This document shows, in pieces, positions 15,901 through 26,900 of a stretch of DNA of 64,000 bases. Position numbers and translations under genes: made by a program. The first letter of the stretch is position 1. The number at the start of each line of letters is the position of its first letter. The notes beneath the pieces are model-generated. The model searched no databases. It was given only the letters and a program-made list of their open reading frames with translations, and had not been told where the DNA came from. The stretch is from positions 45,794-109,793 of the IMG/VR virus record IMGVR_UViG_3300032287_000839. One strand, given 5' to 3'. The DNA comes from a virus. Its lineage: Duplodnaviria; Heunggongvirae; Uroviricota; Caudoviricetes.

Positions 15901-17928
15901 AATCAATTCAGTTATCTCTGCTTCTGAGAAAGACTTAGGATCTTTTCCTTTAAACTTATCGTTATACTTATTTATTAAATTAGACAATTGTCTATTTAAC
16001 ACCTTAGCCTGAGTCAACAAAGGAGCAATGTTACCTCTCATTTGTAACTGTCTAATACTTGTAAATAGAATATCTAATTGTTCATTCTTGTTAAGTTTTT
16101 CAGAAGGAGTTACACCTTTTTCAGAAAGTCTTTTAAATTCATCATTAAGTTTAACTAATAGATCGTCAATTTCTTTATTTCCTGTAGTTTCTGTTTCTAA
16201 ACCTAATGGGATTAAATAATCCTGCTTAATGTTCTCAGTATAAACATCTCCTATTTCAATACCTTTAATTTTAGGAATCTCTTTAGTTGTAAGATTCATT
16301 TGTGTGTATTCAGCCCTAATAGGAATCATTCTTGTTTGATCAAAGTCTTTTAGATTAACCCCATAGTTATTCTGAAGAATAAGCTTATATTGATTCATTT
16401 GGTTTCTCCAAGAATTAATATAATACCAAGGCAATTTACCCTTGTTTCTTTTTATATCAACATCAATAAACTTCCAGTCAAGGATGTTCACCTTTCCATC
16501 AGGAGTGATTGCTAAGAAATCTATTGTACCAGCTACACCTCTTTTAGCATCATAAACAACAACCTCAGATAAAAATCTAGTTCCTCTAGGGAATGTATTT
16601 AATCTCTGTTTTAAGTTATCTCTAAGAAGCTCATAGTAGTCTCTATTGTTAGGGTCTAATTGAGATGTATATCCTAAATCATCTAATGGATCTTCTCTTA
16701 AATTACCATCCTTGTCTACAAATAGACCAAGTGCATATTCAATATCAGAGTGACCTTTGGTACCATTAAGTGCTTTATCTTCATCTACTAATTGCTTGTA
16801 TTCAGACTTAGTTAATTGGTTAGCATCTAATAAATCTTTATTCCAACCTTTGATAATCTCAGTAACTCTAAAAGGTACCTTCTTATTATCTATATAATAA
16901 CCATCTTCTCTTTTCTCAATCTTATCTCTAATCGAATTGATGTTATCGATTATCTGTTGTTGAGAAGTTTTCTGTAAGTAAACATCTCCTTCCTCAGCTC
17001 TAATATCTTCAGCTGTACCAATTGCTTCTCCAGACATCACCTTAATAGCAGCCTCATCAAAACCTGTTTTAACAAACAAGTTCTTGATAGCATTGATTAT
17101 CTTCTCCCACCAGCTCTCCACCTTAGCTAAGTTCTCAGGATTCTCTAATGTTCCTTCAGCTTTATTAATAATAGTTTCAGATAGCACCTTAGCAATAGCC
17201 TCTTTCTTTAACTTGATGATATCAGGTTTACCTTCTTTAGTTTGATAGTTCTTATCATTACCATAGGTTTTAAACACCTCATTAAGGATAGCATAGTTAT
17301 TAATCTCCTTTAACAGTTGATTAAATAACTTAGGATCATTCTGTTGTATAATCTCTACAGCAAAGTGCATAGCTTCCTCAGGAAGTGCTACAGCTTCTTT
17401 ACCTTCTACAACCTGTACAAGCTTCTGCATGATGTTAGCAACACCATTAGCATCTTGTGTTATACCATCTATATTAATAGACTTAAGTGTCTGAATATCA
17501 ACACCTATTCTATTTAAGAAATCTTTAACAATAGCTATACTAGCAGGAGATGCAGCAGATGCAGGGATTCCTTCTTTCTGAAAGAACTCACCTCTATCTT
17601 CTTCTGTATATCCACCTCTCTCTTTTTCATCTTCTGTTAATGCACCAGCTTCTTCTTCTAATGCTTTCTTATAGTCATCAAAGTATTGTTGAGTCAAGTT
17701 ATCTGATGGACTAATATAGTAATGATTTCTACTAGTAAAACTAGGAGTGATTACATCCTCTTTGAATTGTTGATTAACTTGTCTAGCAGCCTCTGCAGCT
17801 TTAGGAGCATCAGTTATTTCAAGCATATCGTTTTGATCAAGCGATTGCTTAAAACCTTCATAACCTAAAGCTTTTTCTCTAGCTTCATCAATGATGTCAT
17901 ATTTGATATCTAATAAACATTTGCCCAT
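13000..17928 (-). CDS. giant virion or cargo protein (1642 aa) with a PD-(D/E)xK-like motif and C-terminal hydrophobic segments
   Basis: Single uninterrupted ORF. Motif GTIDFLAITPDGKVNILDWKF (D...D.K spacing typical of PD-(D/E)xK). Hydrophobic helices near the C-terminus. Confidence 0.6.
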   Translation of the reverse strand: MGKCLLDIKYDIIDEAREKALGYEGFKQSLDQNDMLEITDAPKAAEAARQVNQQFKEDVITPSFTSRNHYYISPSDNLTQQYFDDYKKALEEEAGALTEDEKERGGYTEEDRGEFFQKEGIPASAASPASIAIVKDFLNRIGVDIQTLKSINIDGITQDANGVANIMQKLVQVVEGKEAVALPEEAMHFAVEIIQQNDPKLFNQLLKEINNYAILNEVFKTYGNDKNYQTKEGKPDIIKLKKEAIAKVLSETIINKAEGTLENPENLAKVESWWEKIINAIKNLFVKTGFDEAAIKVMSGEAIGTAEDIRAEEGDVYLQKTSQQQIIDNINSIRDKIEKREDGYYIDNKKVPFRVTEIIKGWNKDLLDANQLTKSEYKQLVDEDKALNGTKGHSDIEYALGLFVDKDGNLREDPLDDLGYTSQLDPNNRDYYELLRDNLKQRLNTFPRGTRFLSEVVVYDAKRGVAGTIDFLAITPDGKVNILDWKFIDVDIKRNKGKLPWYYINSWRNQMNQYKLILQNNYGVNLKDFDQTRMIPIRAEYTQMNLTTKEIPKIKGIEIGDVYTENIKQDYLIPLGLETETTGNKEIDDLLVKLNDEFKRLSEKGVTPSEKLNKNEQLDILFTSIRQLQMRGNIAPLLTQAKVLNRQLSNLINKYNDKFKGKDPKSFSEAEITELIEEINNAEETITIYTNLDTELDFLFGGDLSEEDKKLETELTRTAKEARKLQSQLRKLSDEFNETVTSASVDIKNLLSPEKVIKGIGKWFGSTRVFQTAAIQTLYRKANKAFAYAGFDTLDETRRLEKLKKDFDVWAKSQNLSGKNYFDILKKKDSNELIDQYDPKFFSTLKQKINEKDVDWIRDNVDVEAYKAALEEKIAEEQLRIENKMSSRVGTDVENLEAEADEISQMRRKYDISNKTGAGWFQYILINKHPKADLETAEWKKLQSVPAAKAFYEYIQEKNKEYAEIGYINKGDVRTFLPFVRKGIMEKIVFGGKISVGEQFIRSITVDEGDIGFGKFNPITGQPINTIPRYFTREIDGEVSTDLFRTMSLYNEMAIKYKYLSELEEQAIGILNTERNKKAIATSVFGKTQRDAAGDLVYTPDNSENTKLYEDMMKAIIYGQKYVTSDSFDQILGKFGNYGEKINKKIGRNIFPENLEGKQISFNKVVSNLNTQFQITALGLNFLSAASNYFGGNAQSIINSGKYFTKADYLRNQAWILPGKMIGGDKKKYIAALEYFLPLNENYNAEIAKLLSVNKLTQERIQDFLMILMRSSDLNVQTTNFYSFLDNSIVQNGEVVNAREYLRNTDEYSNMFAGTNEERKARNEKFEKDVKDLIEEKSVMKSAELVDGKLVIPGVERKSESVVKLRRNVQALTKNALGSLGPDDIRPINQTIYGASMMLFKNWIPGLVDVRLGNLKYNSASDAYEWGRMRMMYRVVSSDFLGSLDSLQSAIRGNGDKWVAQMRTLHEKKAADYKADTGKDLEMTEGEFLNLVNQNVKSQLLDVMFFASMWALAMGLKAFAPDDKEDPAVRNKYKYLMKAVDKFKDEITYFYDPTSILSLTSKGIFPAVGLIENMRKVVVNGGKELFYLYEGDEKALKKNFVLKYAMKSFPIGSQIGAYLPMFFPEMAKELGIKAQSQAGYGK

Positions 17929-20900
17929 TATCCGCAGTTATTTTGGTTGTTATCTTTAATTGGAGGTAATCCTTCTGGCTTAATCTCTTTAGCTTCGTTT
18001 TGTAAAGGTACAGTTTCTTCTTTTGTTTCTGTAAAATAATCAATAATTTTTTGACTAAGAATCTCATTTTCTACCTTCACTGTACCATTATTAAATACAG
18101 ACTTTCTAGTGTCATTGTACATTTCTGTAGCAAATTGACCATCTCCCCAAAGGTTGATAGCTTTATAGTATACATTAGAACCTCTACTAAACTCTGTTCC
18201 ATCCTCATATTTAACTTTCTGGAAGCCCATTACATCATTTAAAGATGTATCACCTGCAGCTTTTCTTTTAGCATAGTCAGCTCTTGTTACAGGCTTATTG
18301 TCAATAATATCAATCATTTGACTACCGTTGTTTACCACTCTAGGAATCAATATGTAATCAGAACCAACATCAGCAAAGTTATCAAATCTGTCAAGAACCA
18401 ATATATTCTTAACTCCTTCTTCAGACAAATCTTCTAATGTAGGGAATTGTTCAAACTGAACATCTACAATAAGCTCTCCTTTATCATTAAATCCTTCATT
18501 ATATAAGCTTGGGACAACATTAGTTAATTTCTTAAATATGTTTTCATCTTTCCAGTTGTTTCTTTCAAATGCACCAAACTTACTGAAGTTAGTTAAGTTT
18601 AAATCAGACGCTACTGAGTTAACAGCATTTTCCACTCTCTTAGCATAATCCTCAATAGGAATGATGTTCTTAATAGATATAGCTGATTGGTATGTTCCTT
18701 GAAGGATAGCCAAGTCTACTATCTTATTATATAAAGCATTTGTAGCTGGATTATCTCTAAGCTCTCTCATCATGCCAGTGTATAAGTTCTCATCAAAAGA
18801 ATCCTTAAGATTAGCTTTCAACTTAATACTCTTAGCACCACCAACTCTATTAGAAGCAGCTTGAGTTAATTGCTGTAAGATTTCCATATCTGGATTTTCC
18901 TTTCTAGCTTTAACTATTTCTCCTGCAACTGCTGTATATGGATCAATTAATAATTCTCTTGTTCTATCAGATAAGTCAGTCTTAGTCTGGAAAATATAGT
19001 CAATAAATGATGCCTTGATCTTAGCAGCAATTGTATCAAAATTCTCAGCACTTAAATATTCATTAGCTGTATATGGTTCTAACACCTTACTAGTAATAAC
19101 TGAATACTGAAGTTGATCAAGTTTTAATATAGCTCCTAGTGCATTCATAGACTTTTCAGCTAAGTTAGCTTGTCCACCTATAAATGAATTATCTAATATG
19201 TCTTTAGCAGATGTAAATATATTTGACTCTTCAGCTGTTTCTGTTCTCATTCTTTTCTTATCCATAGCCTCTGCACTTCTAAACTTAGTAGTGTCATAGT
19301 TAGTAGCCTGTGTAAGTTTAAATGCATATTGAGCCATCTTATGATACTTCAAGAACTCAGCTAATATTCTTTGTTGTTCAGCATTATTAATAGCCTTACC
19401 AGCATAATAGTTCTCAATATTAGGAGCAAGATTCTTCATCTCAATCTTTGCAGCAGCAGCTGATTTTCTATCAGTTGGAAACTTAGCTCTAATTGCATCT
19501 AAGTTCTTTTTGCTATACACAGATTTAGAATCAATACTATCTAAGTAGTTCAAGTACTCCTTAATAATAGGTTGGTTCAAGAATAATGCTGTAGTTTTTA
19601 CAGGGCTTCCTATTCTTGTTAAGAACATTGCTGTACCAATAACATTATTACTACTAACCACCTTAAGGATATATGGGTTCTTAGCCACATCAACAAATGA
19701 TGTAATGAATCCAGATAAGTTATCAGATATGTATTTACCTGCTTTATCCTTTGTTCCAGATAAAGATACTACCTCTTTACCATTGATTGTCACTGTGTTA
19801 TGAGGAAGAGCTATTTGACCATTGCCTAATATCTTTCTTTCATAATCATTTAATTCAGCAACCTTAACAGGATCAATATACACTTCTCCTTTCTGAGCTA
19901 ATGAATGGTTTGTAATGTTTACAGCACCAATACCTACCCACCTCTTAGCAGTAACAAATGCATGTCTTAATGATGTCATATAGTTACCATCAAGAATTCT
20001 GTTCTTAACTTTACTTTCATCTACCCCTCTAAGCTTATCTAATTCACTAGCCATATTTTCTAATCCACCATCAGATACAGGATTAATCAATCTTTCATAG
20101 TTCTCAGGAAGAGTTAATAATTTCTCAAGACTGTCAAAGTATTGATTCTCAAGGGATTGTTTATATAATTTATCTGCTAATGTACCATAATCATCTTCTG
20201 TAGCTACTACAGTTCTTTCATTAATATCAAAGATACTTTCTAAGTCTTCTTTCAATATAAACTTCTTAATAGCTGCTTTAGCTTCTTCACCATATCCAAA
20301 GAATGGAACTTCTTTTAATTGACCTTTGGAGTTAACATATGTATTCTTTAAATAGATATTAAGCTTATCTATATCAAAGTCAGATCCTGCTTTGCTAGTA
20401 ATCTCAGAAGGTACAACAACTGTATCTCCCATAGATTGTGGTAAGAAACCTTTGATTTTAAATACCTCTGCAGAACTTAATGCCTGTGTAGGAATACGGA
20501 AACCAATACCTCTAAGAATTGATTCATTCTCAGGCTTGTTTAAATATGTTAATAATTCTTCATCAGACTTAAATCCAGCTTTCTTAAACTGATCTTTGAA
20601 TGAATGAGGAATTAATATTTCTATGTATGGTTTATCTTTAGTGTAGAACTTCAATACAGGGTTAGCTTGTTTAGCATCTCTCTTTCCAGACTCCCATAGA
20701 GTTGAAGGAACTTGCACCTTAGCACCACCATTCATCTTAGGAGAGATAAGAGCCTTATCCACCATAGAGTAAAGAATGTTTCTAATTTGTGCGTATGCAG
20801 GAGATGATTCAAATGGAATTGGAAACTCTCCATTCTCATCAATTTTGATTGTATCTCTAATATTATCAGCCAACTCTCTTCTTGCCATTTCATACTCAAG

Positions 20901-23900
20901 AGCTTGAGACACACTTACAGGATCAACTAAATTATATCCATCACCAAGATCTTCAATACCTAACTTATCTAATAGTTGATTGTAAGCTTCTAAATGTAAT
21001 GCATCTAATATCTTTTTGTTACGTGCATATTCTGCAGCAGCTTCAGGACTTGTAGCAACACCATTATCAAATATGTCTAAGCTAGATAACTTAGTAAGCT
21101 GAGAACCACGTGTTTGTGCTTTAGCTCCTGCATAACTATTCTCCACTTGAATACCATAAGTCTTCCAAGCTACAGGGATAATATTATCAAATGCTTCAGT
21201 ATTAACTTCACCATCTTTATATAAGTCATATAACTTCTCAGCACCTACTTTTCTACCAGATTCAAATACAGCATAACCAACCCCTTGCTTCCACATGTTA
21301 GTATACAAAGTCTCTAAGTTAGTTCCTTCTACAGTTTTGTAGTAAAGAGGCATTTGAGAGAACTTATCTAATACCAAATCAAACTGATTCTTACCATATT
21401 TATTACCAGATACAATAGGTTTCATTACCTCTGTAACATATTCAGGTTCAGGAGTTTTAAGTAATGCAACATCCTGCTTTTGAAGAGCTTTATTTGTATA
21501 AGCGTACAATCCTTTATTAGCAAATGCATCTCTTGTGTAAGCCATTTGCCATTGATGCCAAGCTTCAGCAGGACTGTTTAAATCCCACTCACCATTTCTA
21601 AGCTTAACTTCTCTGTATGTACCATCCATAATCATAGAAGCAGCATCTGCCTCATTAGTACCATTCTCAAGAACTATATCTTTAAGAGTAACAGTATTTA
21701 TATATGGTTTGAATGTATGATATCCAGGATCAAAAGAATTCAACGCTATTCCATTAGCCTTGTTATATTCTACATTATGAAATGAGTTAAATTCAGGGCT
21801 ATCAAATGTAGTTCTTCTAGGAGATAAGAATGATTTGATACGCTTAGTCTCATCTAGATTACCTTTCTTAATAGCAAACTGATACGGATCACCAAACAAT
21901 GCTTTGTGCATTTCTATGTTATTGATAACATAGTTAATCCTAGCAAAGGTTAAAATATCATTTATATCATCTTCTGTCAATGATTCCTTATTCAATTTCT
22001 CAGCTGTAGTAAACTTACCATCTAAAGAATCATACTTAAACGTACCATTAGGATTGTTAACAATCTTATTGTTGTACATTAGTATGTTCTTAGTTTCAAC
22101 CACATTGTTTTCAATAAACGCTTTTACATCAGCATTGATCTTCTCAATATTTTCATTAATATATGTATCAATTTCTTCTTGTGTAGCACCATTGATAATC
22201 AAGTTGTTAACACCAGATAATGTCTTACCTGTAAGAATATCCTTAAAGAAACGTAACTCTTTAGCTTTATTTAAATTTTTAAAATTATCAGTAACGTTTG
22301 CTAAATAATCTCTATCACTTTGAGCCAAAGCAATGTCATCTTTTAAATATCCTTTGAATATTGTATATGTTTTATTCCAAGCTAATCCACCACTCACCTC
22401 AGCAAACTTAACATTGTTACCTAAGTTAATCATCCATTCTGTAGATGAATCTGCTGGGTTTAATATATAGTAGTTACCATTAAGGTTTTGGTTAAGCTCT
22501 TGTGTAAATCTGTTACCAAGAGTCAATCCTGTAGTAGATACACTTGTATCATTATCTTGATTCTTTGTACCATCAATGTAAGAAACTATTAATGATTTAA
22601 TTCTCTTACCTGCAGCATTAAAGAACAATCCTCCCTTCTTAAGGAATTGAGAATGTGTAGAGAATACATCATTAAGCTCAGGTCTAGCTGCCATCACTTC
22701 TTCTAATGTATTAGCCTCATTCACCTCATTTGCAAATACTGAAGGAGCGTTATTCTCAGAATAAGCTTGTCTCTTTTCACCTTCAACATTAGGGAATGTA
22801 CTATCCTGAACAGGATTTTCCACCTTAACATATAATTCAGCTAATGTATCTAATGGACCATTAATACCTAATGTCTCACCAGTCACTGTAGCTATCTCTT
22901 TTGTTGTTCCAAAATATGTATGAATAGAAGCTACAGCTTTAACAAACTCATCTCTTTGTTCAGGTTTCAACTTTAAATAAGTATCTAATGTATACGCAAC
23001 ACCAATCTTATTTAAGAAGTCTACCATCTTTTGTGGTGTGCTAATATCTACACCTTCTGTAGACATCACTTTATAAGTCTTTTGACCTTTATTATATCTA
23101 ACAAAAGAATTAGGATCTGTAGATAAGTCCTTAAGATTATTTACCCAATCCTCCTTAGTTTGTTTAGTTACAGTGAATTGATTAGCAGGAGCTGTATATA
23201 CATCTCCACCACTAACATATTGCACTAGTGCCTGAGGATTTTGTTTTGTAAAGGTCTGATAGAACTGTACAAACAATCTCCAATCATGTGGTTCAAACTT
23301 GCTAAAGTCTATCTCCATTGAGTTTCTATCACCCTTCATACGAGTGAATAATCTAACATAATTAGAGTCATACTTAGCTAAGTCTGTCAACTTATCTACC
23401 ATCTTACTCACCTTAGTAGTGTTAGCTAACTTATCTATCACTGTAGCAAATGATCTACTGAAAGATAAAAGCTTCAAGAAACCTTTTGTAGCACCTTCAG
23501 TTACAGCCGCTTTAGGCAAAGATAATGTAGAACTATTCACTTGGTTAGTAGGAGCAGTTTCCACCAATGTACCTACTAATAACTTAACAGGGAATGGTGA
23601 GTTTTTCTTCCAGTCTGTAGTGAATGCTTCTGGAGCATATAATTTATTATTTACATTCTCTGCATTGATATCTAATAAGTTATCCTCATCAAACTCAATT
23701 TTAAATGTACGTAAGAATTCTTTTGTTTTAATCACAAGATCAGACCAAGTCTCATCTCCAACCACTTTATTCTCTTCTGCATACTCAGCTTTAATGCCAT
23801 TGAATATATCAGAAGCAGTTAAGTTAGAGATATCATATAATGACTTATTTGTACCAAAGACATTTCTAAACACTCTAGCAGTCATGTCTTTAACAATATC

Positions 23901-26900
23901 ATTAGTTTGACCTTCTGTTAATCCTTCAGCAGCTCTATATTCAGGAGCTGCAGATTTAACAGCTTCAGATAATCTAGCACCCTTATATTTACCTGTATCA
24001 ATAGCTTTGAACAACTCTTCTTTTCTAGAAGGCTTGTTTACAAATGATTTAACAAAGTCAATAATACTTCTAAAGAAGTTTAATATTCTTTCACCAATGT
24101 TTCTAGCTGGTAGCTTACCAAGTCTAAAATCAGCAAAGTCATCTGCTATTCTTTCCTTAGCTTGTTGGTCTGTAGCCTCTTCATAGAATAACATCTTACC
24201 AGACTCTCTATCTTTGAACTTACCAGCTTTAGCTTTAAATTCATCAAGGATAGCTTGTTGCTCTTCTTGAGACAAGAACCCTTTCCATATACCCTCAAAT
24301 ATCTCATGATATTCTGTACCTCTCTGACCACCTTTGTAGAACTTAGCCACACCATTCTCAAATACACCCCAAGCCTTTTGACCATCATTTATAGTGATAA
24401 TACGATTTAATATCTCAAAAGGAATATTAGGAACATTCTTAGCATGCCATTCTTTGAACAATTCAATCTCAGCATCTGTCATTCCTTCAACATCCTCTTG
24501 ACCTAACATTCTATATTCAGAATCCTTAGGTGCTTTAGAGTTGCTTAAGTCTGTTTTAGTTTCAGTTAGTTTAACTTCTTCTTCTTCAACAACTGTTTCA
24601 ACTACAGGAGCAACTTGTGTTTCTTTCTGAATCTCAGCAGCAATTCTAAGTTTAAGATAGTCTTTAACTATACCAAGGTCATCTTTACTAGCATCAAAAC
24701 TATCATTACCTTTTAATGCTTCTACAATTGTACCAACCTTAGCTTCATCTTTAGCTATGTCTGTAACTGTTTTATTATCATTGATTTTTACAAATGTATT
24801 ACCATTTGCATCTCTTGTAGCTGTAAACAATACAGGACCAGTTGATAAGTCAAACACGTTCTCTGTAGCACCATCTAAAGTGTACCCACCAATAACATTG
24901 GTTGCTTCTTGTGCTTGAACAGTAGGTTTAACTACTATCTCAGGAAGTTCCATTCCTTCTAGGATAGCATATCTTTGTTTGAAGTTGTAAGGAACAGCAT
25001 CTGTAACCTTTGCTACGTTTGTAGACAAAGGAGTTTCACTAATAGATCTAGAAGACCCATCAGGAAACTTATCTGCTAATAAATATGTTTGATAATTATC
25101 CCACTCACTAACTACTAAATTACCATCAGGACCAATGTGTGGTTCTAAGAATTTATCATGGAATTTCTTGGTAAGTGTATCTCTATTAAGGTTTTGATAC
25201 ACACCTTTTAATTGATTAACTATTGCATCTTCTGCTTCAGCAATCTTAGTTAGGTCATACTTTTCCTTACCTAACTCAAGATTCATTGTATTACTGTTAA
25301 TAAAGATTTGATTAGCACTGATAGCTCCCTTACTTCTCCAATACAATACATTCTGCAAATATGTAGAATATAACCTATTGATTTTGATTGGTTTACCAGC
25401 AGCTAATTGATTATTAACTTCTTCAGAGATTTTCTTTAAAACTTCAAATACACCTTTAGCTTCTTTAGCTGTAAAGGTTCTACCTCTTACACCTTGTAGT
25501 GTATCATTATATTGAATGTAAGGATGTCCAACAGGAACCTTAACTTGCTTTCCTTTATGGAATATAAATCCATTGCTAGATACTTGAATCAATCCTTCTT
25601 GTGTAGATACTACATCTTGAGGAACTAATGTACCAGCAATGTTATTTCTTTCATTCTGAACAGTGATAGGAATACCATTAGACACTGTAAAATTGTACAC
25701 CTTATATCCAGGTGCAGCAAATAACTCAGCTCTTTTAACTCTCCATCCAGCAGCCTTAGCTTCAGCTAAATCTTTTTGATCAGCTCTATATCTAGGAGAC
25801 TTATCAGCATATCTTAAACTTGTGGTAGGCATGGTATTAAATACCACCTTATTCATATCCATCTTCTCACCCACCTTAGCAACACGCTTACCTTCTTTAT
25901 CTACAAAGTAAACATTATCACCATCTTGTTCTACATAAACAGCAACTACTAATCCTGTATCCACATTTGTAGCATCAGCTACATCAGCTAAAGGTTTACC
26001 ATATTGCATCTCAGCAAGACCACTTAACCCAAGAGCATCCTCTTGATTAGGAGTAACTAAAATAGTTTTAATTCTAGCTTTATTAGCAAATCCACCAACA
26101 TTATTTAAGAACTCAATAGCACGTGCCTGATGAGGTTTAGCTACAAAGTTATCTCCTTCGTACTCAGAGATTGTACGTTCATACAATATATTAGCATCTA
26201 CTAATCTACCTTCCTCTAAATTTATAACAACAGATGAATCAACTGTAGCAACATCACCAGAGTTAAGTTCAATCTCAGCTTGTTCTTTGTTTATATCATC
26301 AGAAAACTTCTGTAACTTCTCTTGTTCAGTTTGAACCTTTTCATATCCAGTTAACTTATCAGTACTAATGTTTTGAATATCTCCATTGATATCTTCCACC
26401 TTAACAGTACCATCAGGATTTACAGCAAGTATCTTAACTCTACGGAAATCTGATAAGTCATCATTAATATCAGTAGCTGCGTTATTTGCAGCTGTTTCTG
26501 TTTTATAGAATGTAACTTCTCCACTAGGAGCAGTCACTTGATATCTGTCCTCATCAATTTTATCTACCTTAGCCTTATCAAGACTAATGTTTACATATTC
26601 TCTTCCCTGTTGTACATCTTCTCTTTGACCCCCCTTATTAACAAAACTATAAAGTCGTTCAGCTTTTGGTTGTTCTACACCCTTTTCTTCTTTTTCTTGC
26701 TTCTTCTCATCAGCTTTTTCATCTTCTTCAACTTGATCAGCAAGATCATTAGCTACTTCATCAGCTTGATCAAAGTACTTTTGAAAACCTTCTTTGGTAT
26801 TTAGTTCATCAAAAGCTTTAGATGCATCTCTTCTTCTCTTGTTTAAATTATTAATATCAACACCATATTGTATTAACTTATCAGCACTACCAACAGGAAC

